In this document: positions 15,750 to 25,215 of the stretch, in pieces | Layout of the letters: every line of letters starts with the position of its first letter | Position numbering within the stretch: the stretch's first letter is position 1 | Virus record (IMG/VR): IMGVR_UViG_3300036773_000258 | Coordinates: 1 to 33,152 of that record | Length of the DNA: 33,152 bases | Strand: one strand, 5' to 3' | Origin: a virus | Taxonomy: Duplodnaviria; Caudoviricetes | Notes under the pieces: model-generated | What the model saw: the letters and a program-made list of their open reading frames with translations, nothing else | Told to the model about the DNA's origin: nothing | Database searches by the model: none | Position numbers and translations under genes: made by a program

Positions 15750-17509
15750 GACCCATCCTCTGGATCGCGCCCGCGCGCGGCTCTGGATTGGCGCCGACCG
15801 TGCCGGGTGCGCCAGGCTCTGTGACCGCGGTTGGCAATAACGGCAATTCGACGGTGAGTTTTACCGCGCCGTCCAACGGCAATTCGCCGATCACAAGCTA
15901 TACCGCGACCGCAAATGCGGGGGGCTTCTCGACCTCAGGCGCCAGCAGCCCCTTGATTGTTACCGGAACCAATGGCACGCCCTACACCTACACGGTGACG
16001 GCAACCAACGCGATTGGCACAGGCCCTGCAGGTGGACCCTCCAACAGCGTCACACCCTCGGCAGGGCTTACCGTACCAGGAGCCCCCACCATCGGGACTG
16101 CAACCGGCGGCAATGGACAAGCGACGGTGACATTCTCAGCGCCCGGTAGTAATGGGGGCTCGGCGATCACGAGTTACACCGCCACCGCCAATTCTGGGGG
16201 CTTCACGGCCTCCGGTGCAGGCAGTCCGATCACGGTGACCGGATTGACCAACGGCACTCCCTACACCTTTACGGTCACCGCCACGAATGCCATCGGGACA
16301 GGCGCAGCCTCGGGTGCCTCGAACAGCGTGACGCCTGCGGTCGCCTCCAATCTCGTGATGTACGCGGATGGCGTTTTGGATTCACGCTGGCCGAGCTCGT
16401 ATGACTATTCGTACGGGAGCGCGCCGGCGTGGAGTTCTGCAACCGCGTATGTCGCCGGCAAGTATGTGGTGATGCCCTCGTTCTTAAACTACATGTGCAT
16501 TCTCGGACACACCAACCAGGCGCCCCCGAATGCAACCTATTGGGTGCTGACCACCAATGGGCCTTCTGGGGGTACGGTCGATAATCTGCGCGATCCCTAC
16601 GGCCCGCAAGCGGGTCATACGTATTCCTGGGCGTTGGCTGGGCAGTATTCAGGGATTCAGCAATCGGGTGTCTGGGACGTGGCTCCTTTTGGGGTGGATA
16701 TCTCGGGCTACATTCAATTGCAGTTCGATCTATTTGTACCTGCAGGTGGTGGCTCCTTTGCGCTGTTCTTTCACTACAGTCGCTCCGGTGGCGATGACAT
16801 CGCGACCTGCTGCCTCATCACCGACATCACGCAGGTGACCGGGGCACTCACGGCGAATGCGTGGAATACCGGCTTGACCTTCAGGCTCTCGACCTTGGGC
16901 GCTTTAGGGTCGACCGCGTACTACAAATGGGCGATCAATCAGAGTGTCGCGGGACCATTGAAGATCGATAACGTCAAGTTCCTCCCCGGCACCACCACGT
17001 TCATCTACAACAACAATGCGCTTCTTTCAGGCTGGACCGCGGCAGTCGTGAATGGTTCGGTCAACACCACCTTCAGCCCCAACAGCCTAGGGCCCGCGTT
17101 CTACGCCATTAATCAGTCGCCAGCGGGCGCCACGGTCGCCTCTGCGCTCTGCATGAAGGTCACGACCACGGCAGTCACGCCCTCGATCACCTTCACCAAG
17201 AGCGGTGGGTTGTCGGTAAGCGACCTCACGCGCTTCACCTTCGGACAGTTGCCGACCAAAGCGGGCTACGGCTATTCGTGCCAGTTCTTAAATACGTCCG
17301 CCGTGCTCGTGGGCAACGCTGTGACCATGGCCCCTTACACGTTGCAGGACTTTGGTATTCAGGCAAGCCCGCAGAACTGGACCGTGTTTGATGCGCCGCT
17401 CTCCGCTTTTGGTGCCATAGGCGCAACCATTGGCGGCGTTCGCATCACCGAGACCAGCGGCAACACGACCAATGCGTTCTATCTCTCAGCCCCGGCATTC
17501 ACGTCATAA
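15746..17509 (+). CDS. Two FN3 domains, a CBM5/12-like module and putative carbohydrate-binding domains
   Basis: Duplicated VPGAP...TV.F.AP...ITSYT...YT.TVTATNAIG...SNSVTP; PAWSSATAYVAG...YMC...PPNATYW. Confidence 0.8.
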   Translation: MRPILWIAPARGSGLAPTVPGAPGSVTAVGNNGNSTVSFTAPSNGNSPITSYTATANAGGFSTSGASSPLIVTGTNGTPYTYTVTATNAIGTGPAGGPSNSVTPSAGLTVPGAPTIGTATGGNGQATVTFSAPGSNGGSAITSYTATANSGGFTASGAGSPITVTGLTNGTPYTFTVTATNAIGTGAASGASNSVTPAVASNLVMYADGVLDSRWPSSYDYSYGSAPAWSSATAYVAGKYVVMPSFLNYMCILGHTNQAPPNATYWVLTTNGPSGGTVDNLRDPYGPQAGHTYSWALAGQYSGIQQSGVWDVAPFGVDISGYIQLQFDLFVPAGGGSFALFFHYSRSGGDDIATCCLITDITQVTGALTANAWNTGLTFRLSTLGALGSTAYYKWAINQSVAGPLKIDNVKFLPGTTTFIYNNNALLSGWTAAVVNGSVNTTFSPNSLGPAFYAINQSPAGATVASALCMKVTTTAVTPSITFTKSGGLSVSDLTRFTFGQLPTKAGYGYSCQFLNTSAVLVGNAVTMAPYTLQDFGIQASPQNWTVFDAPLSAFGAIGATIGGVRITETSGNTTNAFYLSAPAFTS

Positions 17510-17518
17510 GGAACCCTC

Positions 17519-19375
17519 ATGCGCGTCACGATCAGCAAACCCGGCGTCTACTCCCCTTACGGCATTGCGTGGCCCGTTGGCAGCGTTCAGATCGCGGACG
17601 AGGGCTACGGCCGCTCGCTCATTTCCTCGCTGCGCGCGACCGACACCGATGGCGCGCTGACCGCACCCCCGGCAAAACCCTTCGCGACGACGCCGGTCTT
17701 TGGGCAGGTCTTTGTCCCCGCTTCGACCAGCACCCCCGATATCATCGCCGCGGCGGTCGCGGCATCGGCCATTGGCGGCATAGTGCAGCTGCCGGGGCAG
17801 ATCATCACGTTGACGAGCCCGCTCCCACTTCTGCCCGGCATCACCTATCAGGGCTGCGGCTATAACTTAAGTCCTGCGGGAGGCCCGCAGCTGACCGGCG
17901 GGACGGTGTTGCAGGGTGATGGCACGTTCCCGTGCTTCGCGGGCAATGCGACGGACCTCGCGGCGCCCTATGGGTCCTCGGCAGCGCTCTTGGCTTCGTG
18001 GATCTGCTGCACCGAGATCGCCTTCCTCGGCATCAATAATTTCACCTATGGCGTGAAGCTGGGCGCGCTCTATCAGGGGGGTACGCAATGGGGCTACTTC
18101 CACGACATGTACATCACCAACTGCAATCAGTGGGGCATGTGGGTCGAGAATAGCGCCCAGTGCTCGTTCGAGCGCATCTCAACCGCCTTTTGCGGCGGTG
18201 GCCTGGCCTTCATCGGCTCAGGGCAAGCGTTGTGGAATTTCGGCAATAGCCACTTCTCCAAATGCACACTCTCTGGTAACCAGAATGGTTCTGGGAGGGG
18301 ATTGTGGGTCGCGGGGCGCGCGGGTTCTCAGCTCAATAACGTCAACATGTTCGATATGGCGACGGGCGGAGCGACCGTCACCAATACGCAAGCAGCCACG
18401 ATGGCGAATGCCTCAACCGCCATTGGCGTCACCGATCTATCGCGATACGGCATCGGCATGCCGGTCAAGTTCTCCGGTACGGCGAACGGCTTTACGCTGA
18501 ACCAGATCTATTTCGTAACGTCGCTCTCTGCGGCGAGCGGCGCCGGCAATATCACGGTGGCTAATTTCATGGGCGGTACCGGCGGATCGACGCCGCTCGC
18601 CGCCACCGGGGCGACCGCCGTCAATATCGTCACGCAAGGCTGGCCAGTGCTCGAGGTAGGGGGGTCCGATGCGGGCTCATCGGTCACCTTCTCATCGATC
18701 GTCGGCGCGACCGATGCAGAGTTAGGAGGTACCGCGCACATCGTCTTGCAAGCGTTACTCGGATTCACCATGGATACCGGCATCGTCCACGTACCCGGAA
18801 GCACCGCCGATATCTGCTGTCGCAACATGACGGCCGGGCAGGGCATTCGGATCAATATCCAAAATACCGGCGTGGTGACTGACTTCGACAGCACTTGCCA
18901 GAAGATCCAGGTGCATGGCTCCAACACGACCCCATTTTCCGCCAACTACGCCGGCATCGGTTTTACCTCGGATGGCACCAGTGGATTTGGCCGGTTAAAT
19001 CTTGTGGGTACATCAACCCCGGATTTCGCGGCCAACTCGAATTTCTTCAACCAAATCCAGATGGGTAATTGTCTCGCGCTGAAGTTCAGTCAGCAGCCGA
19101 CGGGGCATACCTTGGTAACGGCAGATGGAAACCTCATCACCTTCCAGACGGGCGCCGGCGGCACGCTCACACTTCCCGCGCTCACCACCAATATGGCGGG
19201 TTGGTCATACATCATCAGTAATCCGCAAGCGAATACGCTGACGGTGTCATCGGCGGCCCAAAACATTATTTTCGCGGGCGCGAGCGGCTTGAGCACCACG
19301 CTACTAACACTCACCCATGCGCATCTGATCGCAATGAATAACGCCGGGACCATGTACTGGGCGCGGGTCGCGTAA
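17519..19375 (+). CDS. Pectin-lyase-like beta-helix fibre/spike protein
   Basis: GGIVQLPG...PLPLLPGITYQGCG...GGTVLQG beta-helix cap followed by beta-helix-like rungs. Confidence 0.7.
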   Translation: MRVTISKPGVYSPYGIAWPVGSVQIADEGYGRSLISSLRATDTDGALTAPPAKPFATTPVFGQVFVPASTSTPDIIAAAVAASAIGGIVQLPGQIITLTSPLPLLPGITYQGCGYNLSPAGGPQLTGGTVLQGDGTFPCFAGNATDLAAPYGSSAALLASWICCTEIAFLGINNFTYGVKLGALYQGGTQWGYFHDMYITNCNQWGMWVENSAQCSFERISTAFCGGGLAFIGSGQALWNFGNSHFSKCTLSGNQNGSGRGLWVAGRAGSQLNNVNMFDMATGGATVTNTQAATMANASTAIGVTDLSRYGIGMPVKFSGTANGFTLNQIYFVTSLSAASGAGNITVANFMGGTGGSTPLAATGATAVNIVTQGWPVLEVGGSDAGSSVTFSSIVGATDAELGGTAHIVLQALLGFTMDTGIVHVPGSTADICCRNMTAGQGIRINIQNTGVVTDFDSTCQKIQVHGSNTTPFSANYAGIGFTSDGTSGFGRLNLVGTSTPDFAANSNFFNQIQMGNCLALKFSQQPTGHTLVTADGNLITFQTGAGGTLTLPALTTNMAGWSYIISNPQANTLTVSSAAQNIIFAGASGLSTTLLTLTHAHLIAMNNAGTMYWARVA

Positions 19376-19411
19376 AGAGCGTGAAACGCGTCATGCCCTC
19401 CCGACAGAACC

Positions 19412-19462
19412 GTCAAAAGTCAATGTTTTTGACACTTGCGAGTGCGATTCCCTCTCTATGCT
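19412..19462 (+). promoter_or_regulatory. Late promoter 2: dyad GTCAAAAGTCAATGTTTTTGACA, 22-bp spacer, TATGCT
   Basis: Same dyad and spacing as 8455-8505. Confidence 0.75.
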
Positions 19463-19562
19463 CGCGAAGCACAAGCCTTTTTCGTCCCCTCGTTGGCCCA
19501 CCGAGGGAAGCAGGCGCACCGGGACCAGCCGTACCGATGGCTTTGTATCGGGGTAGGAATGG

Positions 19563-20354
19563 ATGGAAACGCAAACCACTACAGCGGTTGAGGAAGCGCC
19601 GGTTGAACCGGTCGCCGAAGCAACTGAGACGAAAGTCATTGATCGCGATGAGCAGGGCAAGTTTCGAAACCCCGTTCAGCCGCGCATCGATGAACTGACG
19701 CGTAAAGCCCGTGAGAATCAGCGCGAAGCAGCCTACTGGCGGCAACGCGCGGAAAATGGTGAGGCGCAAAAATCGGCCCCTGCCGCCCCCGTAGAGCCAA
19801 AACCAGCTGATTTCACGGACTACAACGAGTACGTCAAGGCACAAGCGAAGTTCGAAGCCAAGCAAGAGCTCAAGACCGAGTTAGACGCGCGCGACAAGGC
19901 GACTGCTGAAAAGCAGAAGGCTGAGAAGTTCGCATCGACTTGGGCTGAGCGGGTCACTGAAGCCAAATCGAAGTTTACGGACTATGAAAGCGTGGTGAGC
20001 ACTTCCGATGTGGAAGTGCTCGATCACGTCAAAGACGTCATCAACGATTCGGAGCATGGGCCCGCGCTCATCTATCACTTGGCCTCGAATCCCGACATTG
20101 CCGCGCGCTTGAACAAGATGACCCCCTTAGGTGCGGCCCGCGAAATGGGCCGCATCGAGGACTCTCTGACGAAAGCGCCTGACCCTGTGGAAGCGAATCC
20201 TGAACCTGCTCCGGTGCGCGCCAAAACGACCAGCGCACCACCGCCTGCAAAACCTTTGACCTCGGGCCGCTCCACGACCGTCGATCCAGCCAAATTAAGC
20301 ATGGATGACTACGTGAAGCTGCGCCAAAGCCAGGGCGCTCGGTGGGCGCGGTGA
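19563..20354 (+). CDS. Scaffolding protein
   Basis: Charged helical protein, VQPRIDELTRK...P..DF.DY.EY...GP.L.YHLA.NP...SMDDY; immediately before the coat gene. Confidence 0.85.
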   Translation: METQTTTAVEEAPVEPVAEATETKVIDRDEQGKFRNPVQPRIDELTRKARENQREAAYWRQRAENGEAQKSAPAAPVEPKPADFTDYNEYVKAQAKFEAKQELKTELDARDKATAEKQKAEKFASTWAERVTEAKSKFTDYESVVSTSDVEVLDHVKDVINDSEHGPALIYHLASNPDIAARLNKMTPLGAAREMGRIEDSLTKAPDPVEANPEPAPVRAKTTSAPPPAKPLTSGRSTTVDPAKLSMDDYVKLRQSQGARWAR

Positions 20355-20383
20355 ACTAACCGCATCCATTTGTTGAGGGCATC

Positions 20384-21595
20384 ATGGCTAATACGTTCGC
20401 TACCTGTAGCATCATTGCGAAGGAAGCGTTGGCGATTCTTGAGAACATGTTGGGGTTTTCGAGCAACGTCAATCGCGAGTGGGAAGATGAATTCAAATCC
20501 AATCAGGCCCGGGGCTATTCGCCCGGTCAAACCATCAACATCAAAAAACCCCCTCGGTACACTTACCGTGCGGGCCGCGTCGCTGTGCCTCAGGGTACGG
20601 TCGAGACGACCATTCCGCTCACCGTCAATCAGGGCGGTTGCGATCTAAACTTCTCCGGCATCGAGCGCACGCTCTCGATTCAGCAGCTCGAGAAGAAGAT
20701 CGCCGCGGCCATCGCAACGGTGGTCAACGAAATCGATCGTCAAGGCTGTGCACTCGCGCACTACGCGACGTTCAATTGCTTAGGAACTCCGGGTACGCCG
20801 CCGAATACGCAGCTTCTCGCGTTGCAGGCAGCCACGGGCCTTAATCAGCGCTTGGATGAAATGGCCGCACCGCGGGACATGAACCGCAGTTTGGTCATGT
20901 CCCCGGCGCTGAATGCCCCCCTGATCGTGGGTACCGCGGGCCTCTTCAACAACTCTTCGACCTTGGGTAAGCAGTACCAAAAGGGTGTGATGGTCGATGC
21001 GTTGGGGCTGTCCTTTGACATGGACCAGAACGTCGATACGCACACCAATGGCACGCAAGCGGTCACCGGCACCAATGTGAGCGGTGCGGGCCAAACGGGT
21101 GCGGCGATCACGGTGGTGGGCTTGGGCGGTACGATCACGCGCGGCACGAAGATCACCCTCCCGGGTGTCTTTGCGGTCAATCCGCAGTCGCGCGTGTCAA
21201 CGGGCACCTTGGCGCAGTTCGTTGTCACGGCCGATGTCGCCGCCGCGGCGACGAGTCTTCCTATTAGCCCCGCACTCGTCACGAGCGGTGCCTTCCAGAA
21301 CGTGAGCGCTTCGCCCACCTCCGGAAGTCCTTTCGTGATTTTCGGCACGGCATCTGGGGCCTACACCACCTCGGTCGCGTTCCACGAGGACGCCTTCACC
21401 TTGGCGATGGTACCGATGTATGCGCCGCCTTCGGGTAAGGGGGTCATTGATGTCGCTCAGCAGACGCACAAGGGCATGAGCCTGAAAGCGACTGAGTTCT
21501 ACGACGGCATCAACGACAACTACATCATTCGCTTAGATGTCCTCTTCGGCTGGGCGGCCCCGTACCCGGAATTGGCCTGCATTTACGCGCTGTAA
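20384..21595 (+). CDS. Major capsid protein, P22 coat (gp5) family
   Basis: MAN...I.KEAL.ILEN.L.F..NVNR, GQTINIKKP, AFHEDAFTLA, RLDVLFGW. Confidence 0.92.
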   Translation: MANTFATCSIIAKEALAILENMLGFSSNVNREWEDEFKSNQARGYSPGQTINIKKPPRYTYRAGRVAVPQGTVETTIPLTVNQGGCDLNFSGIERTLSIQQLEKKIAAAIATVVNEIDRQGCALAHYATFNCLGTPGTPPNTQLLALQAATGLNQRLDEMAAPRDMNRSLVMSPALNAPLIVGTAGLFNNSSTLGKQYQKGVMVDALGLSFDMDQNVDTHTNGTQAVTGTNVSGAGQTGAAITVVGLGGTITRGTKITLPGVFAVNPQSRVSTGTLAQFVVTADVAAAATSLPISPALVTSGAFQNVSASPTSGSPFVIFGTASGAYTTSVAFHEDAFTLAMVPMYAPPSGKGVIDVAQQTHKGMSLKATEFYDGINDNYIIRLDVLFGWAAPYPELACIYAL

Positions 21596-21604
21596 GGAGC
21601 TTTC

Positions 21605-21997
21605 ATGATTTTGCTGAACAAGTCTTACGCCGGGTATGCAGCGGGCACCATCGTGCAAATGCAGACCGCGACCGAACAGTCGCTCATCAATCAAGGATTG
21701 GGTACCACGAGTGCAGGTCCCGTGACGCCGGGGGCCGTCTCGACCAGTCAAACGAGTGGTCGCGTTGGTATTGCGGCGGCGGGCACCTCGGTGGTGTTGA
21801 GCCAAGCGCAGTTGACGACCGAGAGCAAGGTAGTCGCTTACCTCTCGAACGCGGCAGCTGACGGCACGGCGCTCTACATCACGCGCATCACGCCGGCGGC
21901 GGGCTCGGTCACGTTCACCTTGAACGCGGCCGCAACCGCTGCGGTGTCGATCGATTGGTTCCTGATCACCCTGTCGGGCGAACTGCCGACGATGTAA
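21605..21997 (+). CDS. Putative capsid decoration protein
   Basis: AGGAG RBS, follows coat, small beta-rich Ala/Thr protein. Confidence 0.6.
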   Translation: MILLNKSYAGYAAGTIVQMQTATEQSLINQGLGTTSAGPVTPGAVSTSQTSGRVGIAAAGTSVVLSQAQLTTESKVVAYLSNAAADGTALYITRITPAAGSVTFTLNAAATAAVSIDWFLITLSGELPTM

Positions 21998-22005
21998 CCC
22001 AAGAG

Positions 22006-22029
22006 GCGGGGACTGCACACCCGCTTTTT
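22006..22029 (+). terminator. Probable intrinsic terminator after the coat/decoration genes
   Basis: GCGGG-loop-CCCGC followed by TTTTT. Confidence 0.55.
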
Positions 22030-22041
22030 AAGGAGCGTTGT

Positions 22042-22245
22042 ATGTATTGGATTACCCTAGCGGCCGATGTGGGGCAAGTGCTCGTGCGCGATGAGGCCGA
22101 AGAGAAACAGGTGCGGGCTGATTTTTCGGCGAATGCCAAGGCCCAAGCGGAGTTGGCCGCACAGCAAGCAGAAGCGCAGCGCATGGCTTCGGAGAATGAG
22201 GTATTAGCGGAAGCAGCGGCGATCAAAGCGGCACGCAAGGGCTAA
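22042..22245 (+). CDS. Hypothetical helical protein, 67 aa
   Basis: AAGGAG RBS before ATG 22042 (MYWITLAAD). Confidence 0.7.
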   Translation: MYWITLAADVGQVLVRDEAEEKQVRADFSANAKAQAELAAQQAEAQRMASENEVLAEAAAIKAARKG

Positions 22246-22248
22246 TAC

Positions 22249-22965
22249 ATGCCCTCACCCTCAAGCGCCTACGATCTCATCGTCTCGACGTTTCGCTTAA
22301 TCGGCGTCACGGCGGTGGGTGAGACGCCGACGGCGGATGAGGCCAATGATGCACTCAACACCGCCAATGATCTGCTCGAGTCCTGGTCGACCGAGTCTTT
22401 GAGCATTTGGCAAACCGATAACGAAGTCTTTCCCTTGGTCGCGGGCCAGCAGATCTACACGATAGGCCCTGGGGCTAATTTCAACACCACGCGCCCGGTG
22501 AGGATTTCAGGGGCTTTCTGCACCGTCAATGCGGTCGATTTCCCGGTGGAGATCATCGGGCTCGATGACTTCAACGACATCAGCGTGAAGCAAACGCAGA
22601 GCGATATCACCGAGCGGCTCTGCTACATCAACACCAATACGACGGGTGTCATCAAGATCTGGCCCGTTCCCACGACGAACGCAACGACGCTCTCGCTCAA
22701 TACCGATTTGGTCCTGACCAAAATCCCCACCTTGGCGACGCTTTTATCCTTCCCGCCGGGGTACATGCTCGCGTTTCGCTACACCCTGGGCGTGATGTTG
22801 TGGCCGGAATATAAGGCAGGCCAGCCCATTGACCCCACGATTGCCTCGATTGCCCAAGGCGCGCACGCCAACATCAAGCGGGCGAACAAGGTCAAGCGCA
22901 CGCTGCGTTTTGACACGGCGCTGACCGATGGGGGCACTGCAGCGATTTGGGAGCGGGGCTACTAA
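22249..22965 (+). CDS. Head-tail adaptor, P22 gp4-like
   Basis: DLI...FRLIGV.A.GETPTADEANDAL...NDLLESW N-terminus; synteny. Confidence 0.8.
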   Translation: MPSPSSAYDLIVSTFRLIGVTAVGETPTADEANDALNTANDLLESWSTESLSIWQTDNEVFPLVAGQQIYTIGPGANFNTTRPVRISGAFCTVNAVDFPVEIIGLDDFNDISVKQTQSDITERLCYINTNTTGVIKIWPVPTTNATTLSLNTDLVLTKIPTLATLLSFPPGYMLAFRYTLGVMLWPEYKAGQPIDPTIASIAQGAHANIKRANKVKRTLRFDTALTDGGTAAIWERGY

Positions 22966-24527
22966 TGACCGCTCTCGACCTCGTCGGCGGATCGTACAGA
23001 GCGCGAAGTCCCAACTTCGATGCGCAGCGCACGATCAACCTCTATCCGGAAGCCTCCGGTAGCGGCATGAGCAAGGCGATTGCGATGCTCATTGGAACTC
23101 CGGGCTGTCGACTCTGGACGACCGTTCCCGACTATCCCTTGCGTGGCACACTTCGGGTGAGCGCCAGCACGGCGATTGTCGTTGCGGGAGGCTCTGTATT
23201 CACCGTCGATGTGAACGGCGGCTATACGCTTAAGGGGACGATCGCGCGCGCCTACACCCCGGTGTCCATGGCGACCAATGGCAAGCAAGTGATGTTGGTG
23301 ACGGGGCCACAAGGCTATGCCATCGACATCACGCCCGATGCGGTGACGAGCATTGTCCCATACACAATCACGCAGATCGTTGATCCGTCCTTCACGGGCG
23401 CCGATAAGGTGTCGTTCATCGACGGGTATTTCGTTTTCAACAAGCCAGGGACGCAAGAATTCCAAATCACCGGGCTCTATGCGGAGACGATTGATCCTTT
23501 GGACTTTGCATCCGCGGAGGGCTCTCCGGACCTCTTAATCTCGCTCATCGCGGACCACCGGGAACTGTGGCTCTTTGGCGAGAACTCGACCGAGGTCTTC
23601 TACAACAGCGGCAACCCCGATTTTCCCTTCGAGCGCATCCAAGGCGCCTTCATCGAGCAAGGCTGCGCGGCCAAGAACAGCGTCGCTAAGATGGACAATA
23701 CCGTCGTGTGGCTGACGGCTGATGATCGTGGCCAGGGGACGGTGCAAAAGGCGGTGGGCTATACCCCGCAACGCATCAGCAATCATGCCCTCGAATTTGC
23801 GATTGCCTCCTACCCCACGATCTCAGATGCGGTGGCCTATACCTATCAACAGGAAGGGCACATTTTCTATGTGCTCACCTTCCCGAGTGCGAATGCGACC
23901 TGGGCCTATGACGCCTCGACGCAGCTGTGGCACCAACGCGCGTGGAGAAATCCCAACTCCGGCAACTTAGAGCGGCACCGCTCTATTTGTCAGATGGCCT
24001 TCGCCGGCGAGAACATTGTCGGGGATTGGGAGAATGGTAACCTCTACGTTCTCGACCTCGACTACTACACCGACAACGGCAATATCCTGCCCGCCATTCG
24101 GCAACTGCCGCATTCGGCCACCGGTAATTCTTGGCAGTTCTTCTCCAAGCTCTGGGTCGATCTGCAGACCGGCATCGGGGGCGCCTCGATTCCCGTGGTG
24201 GGAGCGTATACGGGCTGGACCTTCTCATCGACGACGGTACCGACCTTCGATGATGACAGCGGCACCTATTTGATGTCGGATGGGGCGGTCACGACCATCA
24301 ATAGCGTCGTAAGCGATCCCAAGCTCATGCTCGAGTGGTCCGATGATGGCGGTCATTCCTTCGGCAATCGCATGACGGTCTCCGCCGGCAAGATTGGGGA
24401 GCGCAAAGCACGCGCGAATTTCCGCCGTTTAGGAAAAAGCCGCGACCGGGTCTGGCGTATGACCATCACGGATCCCGTGAAGCGGGCTTTCATTGCGGCG
24501 GATGTCGAATTTACGGTGGGATCATGA
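22965..24527 (+). CDS. Tail hub/DNA stabilisation protein, P22 gp10-like
   Basis: SY.ARS...AQRTINLYPE, FIDGYF, DFASAEGSPD, YQQEGH.FY, WSDDGGH; TAATG coupling. Confidence 0.88.
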   Translation: MTALDLVGGSYRARSPNFDAQRTINLYPEASGSGMSKAIAMLIGTPGCRLWTTVPDYPLRGTLRVSASTAIVVAGGSVFTVDVNGGYTLKGTIARAYTPVSMATNGKQVMLVTGPQGYAIDITPDAVTSIVPYTITQIVDPSFTGADKVSFIDGYFVFNKPGTQEFQITGLYAETIDPLDFASAEGSPDLLISLIADHRELWLFGENSTEVFYNSGNPDFPFERIQGAFIEQGCAAKNSVAKMDNTVVWLTADDRGQGTVQKAVGYTPQRISNHALEFAIASYPTISDAVAYTYQQEGHIFYVLTFPSANATWAYDASTQLWHQRAWRNPNSGNLERHRSICQMAFAGENIVGDWENGNLYVLDLDYYTDNGNILPAIRQLPHSATGNSWQFFSKLWVDLQTGIGGASIPVVGAYTGWTFSSTTVPTFDDDSGTYLMSDGAVTTINSVVSDPKLMLEWSDDGGHSFGNRMTVSAGKIGERKARANFRRLGKSRDRVWRMTITDPVKRAFIAADVEFTVGS

Positions 24528-24877
24528 GCGATCCCATCAAGCTGCCCTCGCCCCGGCAACCGGTGGTGGATATTGATCCAGAAACGAAGGTGGCGATGTT
24601 CTCGCGCCCGTGGTTTTTGTTTTTCCAATTGGTCTTTCAGCGCATTGGCGGCTCGGTCGGCACCACGACGGACGAGTTAGCCCCCGTCGACAGCGGGCAA
24701 TTGCCCGGCTCCTTTGCACTCAGTGATCTTGCCCAAGGCCCCAACCCGGATTTCCAAGGGAATTTTATTGACAGTGTGCAAGCGCTCGAGCTGCGCGCGG
24801 TGGTCGGCAGTTTGCAAGACCAGGTCGCCGAACTCGCCAAGAAATTCAACGATCTCCAACAAGGCACCTCCCCATGA
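24524..24877 (+). CDS. Tail protein at gp26 (needle) position
   Basis: P.PR.P.VD...SRPWF.FF N-terminus, C-terminal coiled coil; synteny. Confidence 0.6.
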   Translation: MSDPIKLPSPRQPVVDIDPETKVAMFSRPWFLFFQLVFQRIGGSVGTTTDELAPVDSGQLPGSFALSDLAQGPNPDFQGNFIDSVQALELRAVVGSLQDQVAELAKKFNDLQQGTSP

Positions 24878-25215
24878 CGGTACTCGCTCGAACACTCATC
24901 CAATCGAAGCAGGCCGAGAACGCGCAGACGACGCAGTACACCACGCCCGCGGTGACACGCACCATCATCGATAAATTCACCGCGACCAATACCACGGGAT
25001 CGACTGCGGTGCTCACCGTGAATTTGGTGCCGAATGCGGGTGCCGCGGGCGCTGGTAATGTCATTTCATCGGCAGCTTCGATTGTTGCCGGCGCGAGCTA
25101 TACCTTCCCCGAGCTCGTGGGGCATGTGCTCTCGCCCGGGGACTTCATCAGCACGCTCGCAGGCACTGCAACGGCTATCACGATTCGATCGAGCGGGCGC
25201 GAGGTGACTTCGTGA
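24874..25215 (+). CDS. Small beta-sandwich virion protein
   Basis: 113 aa, Thr/Ala-rich, coupled in the tail operon. Confidence 0.65.
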   Translation: MTVLARTLIQSKQAENAQTTQYTTPAVTRTIIDKFTATNTTGSTAVLTVNLVPNAGAAGAGNVISSAASIVAGASYTFPELVGHVLSPGDFISTLAGTATAITIRSSGREVTS

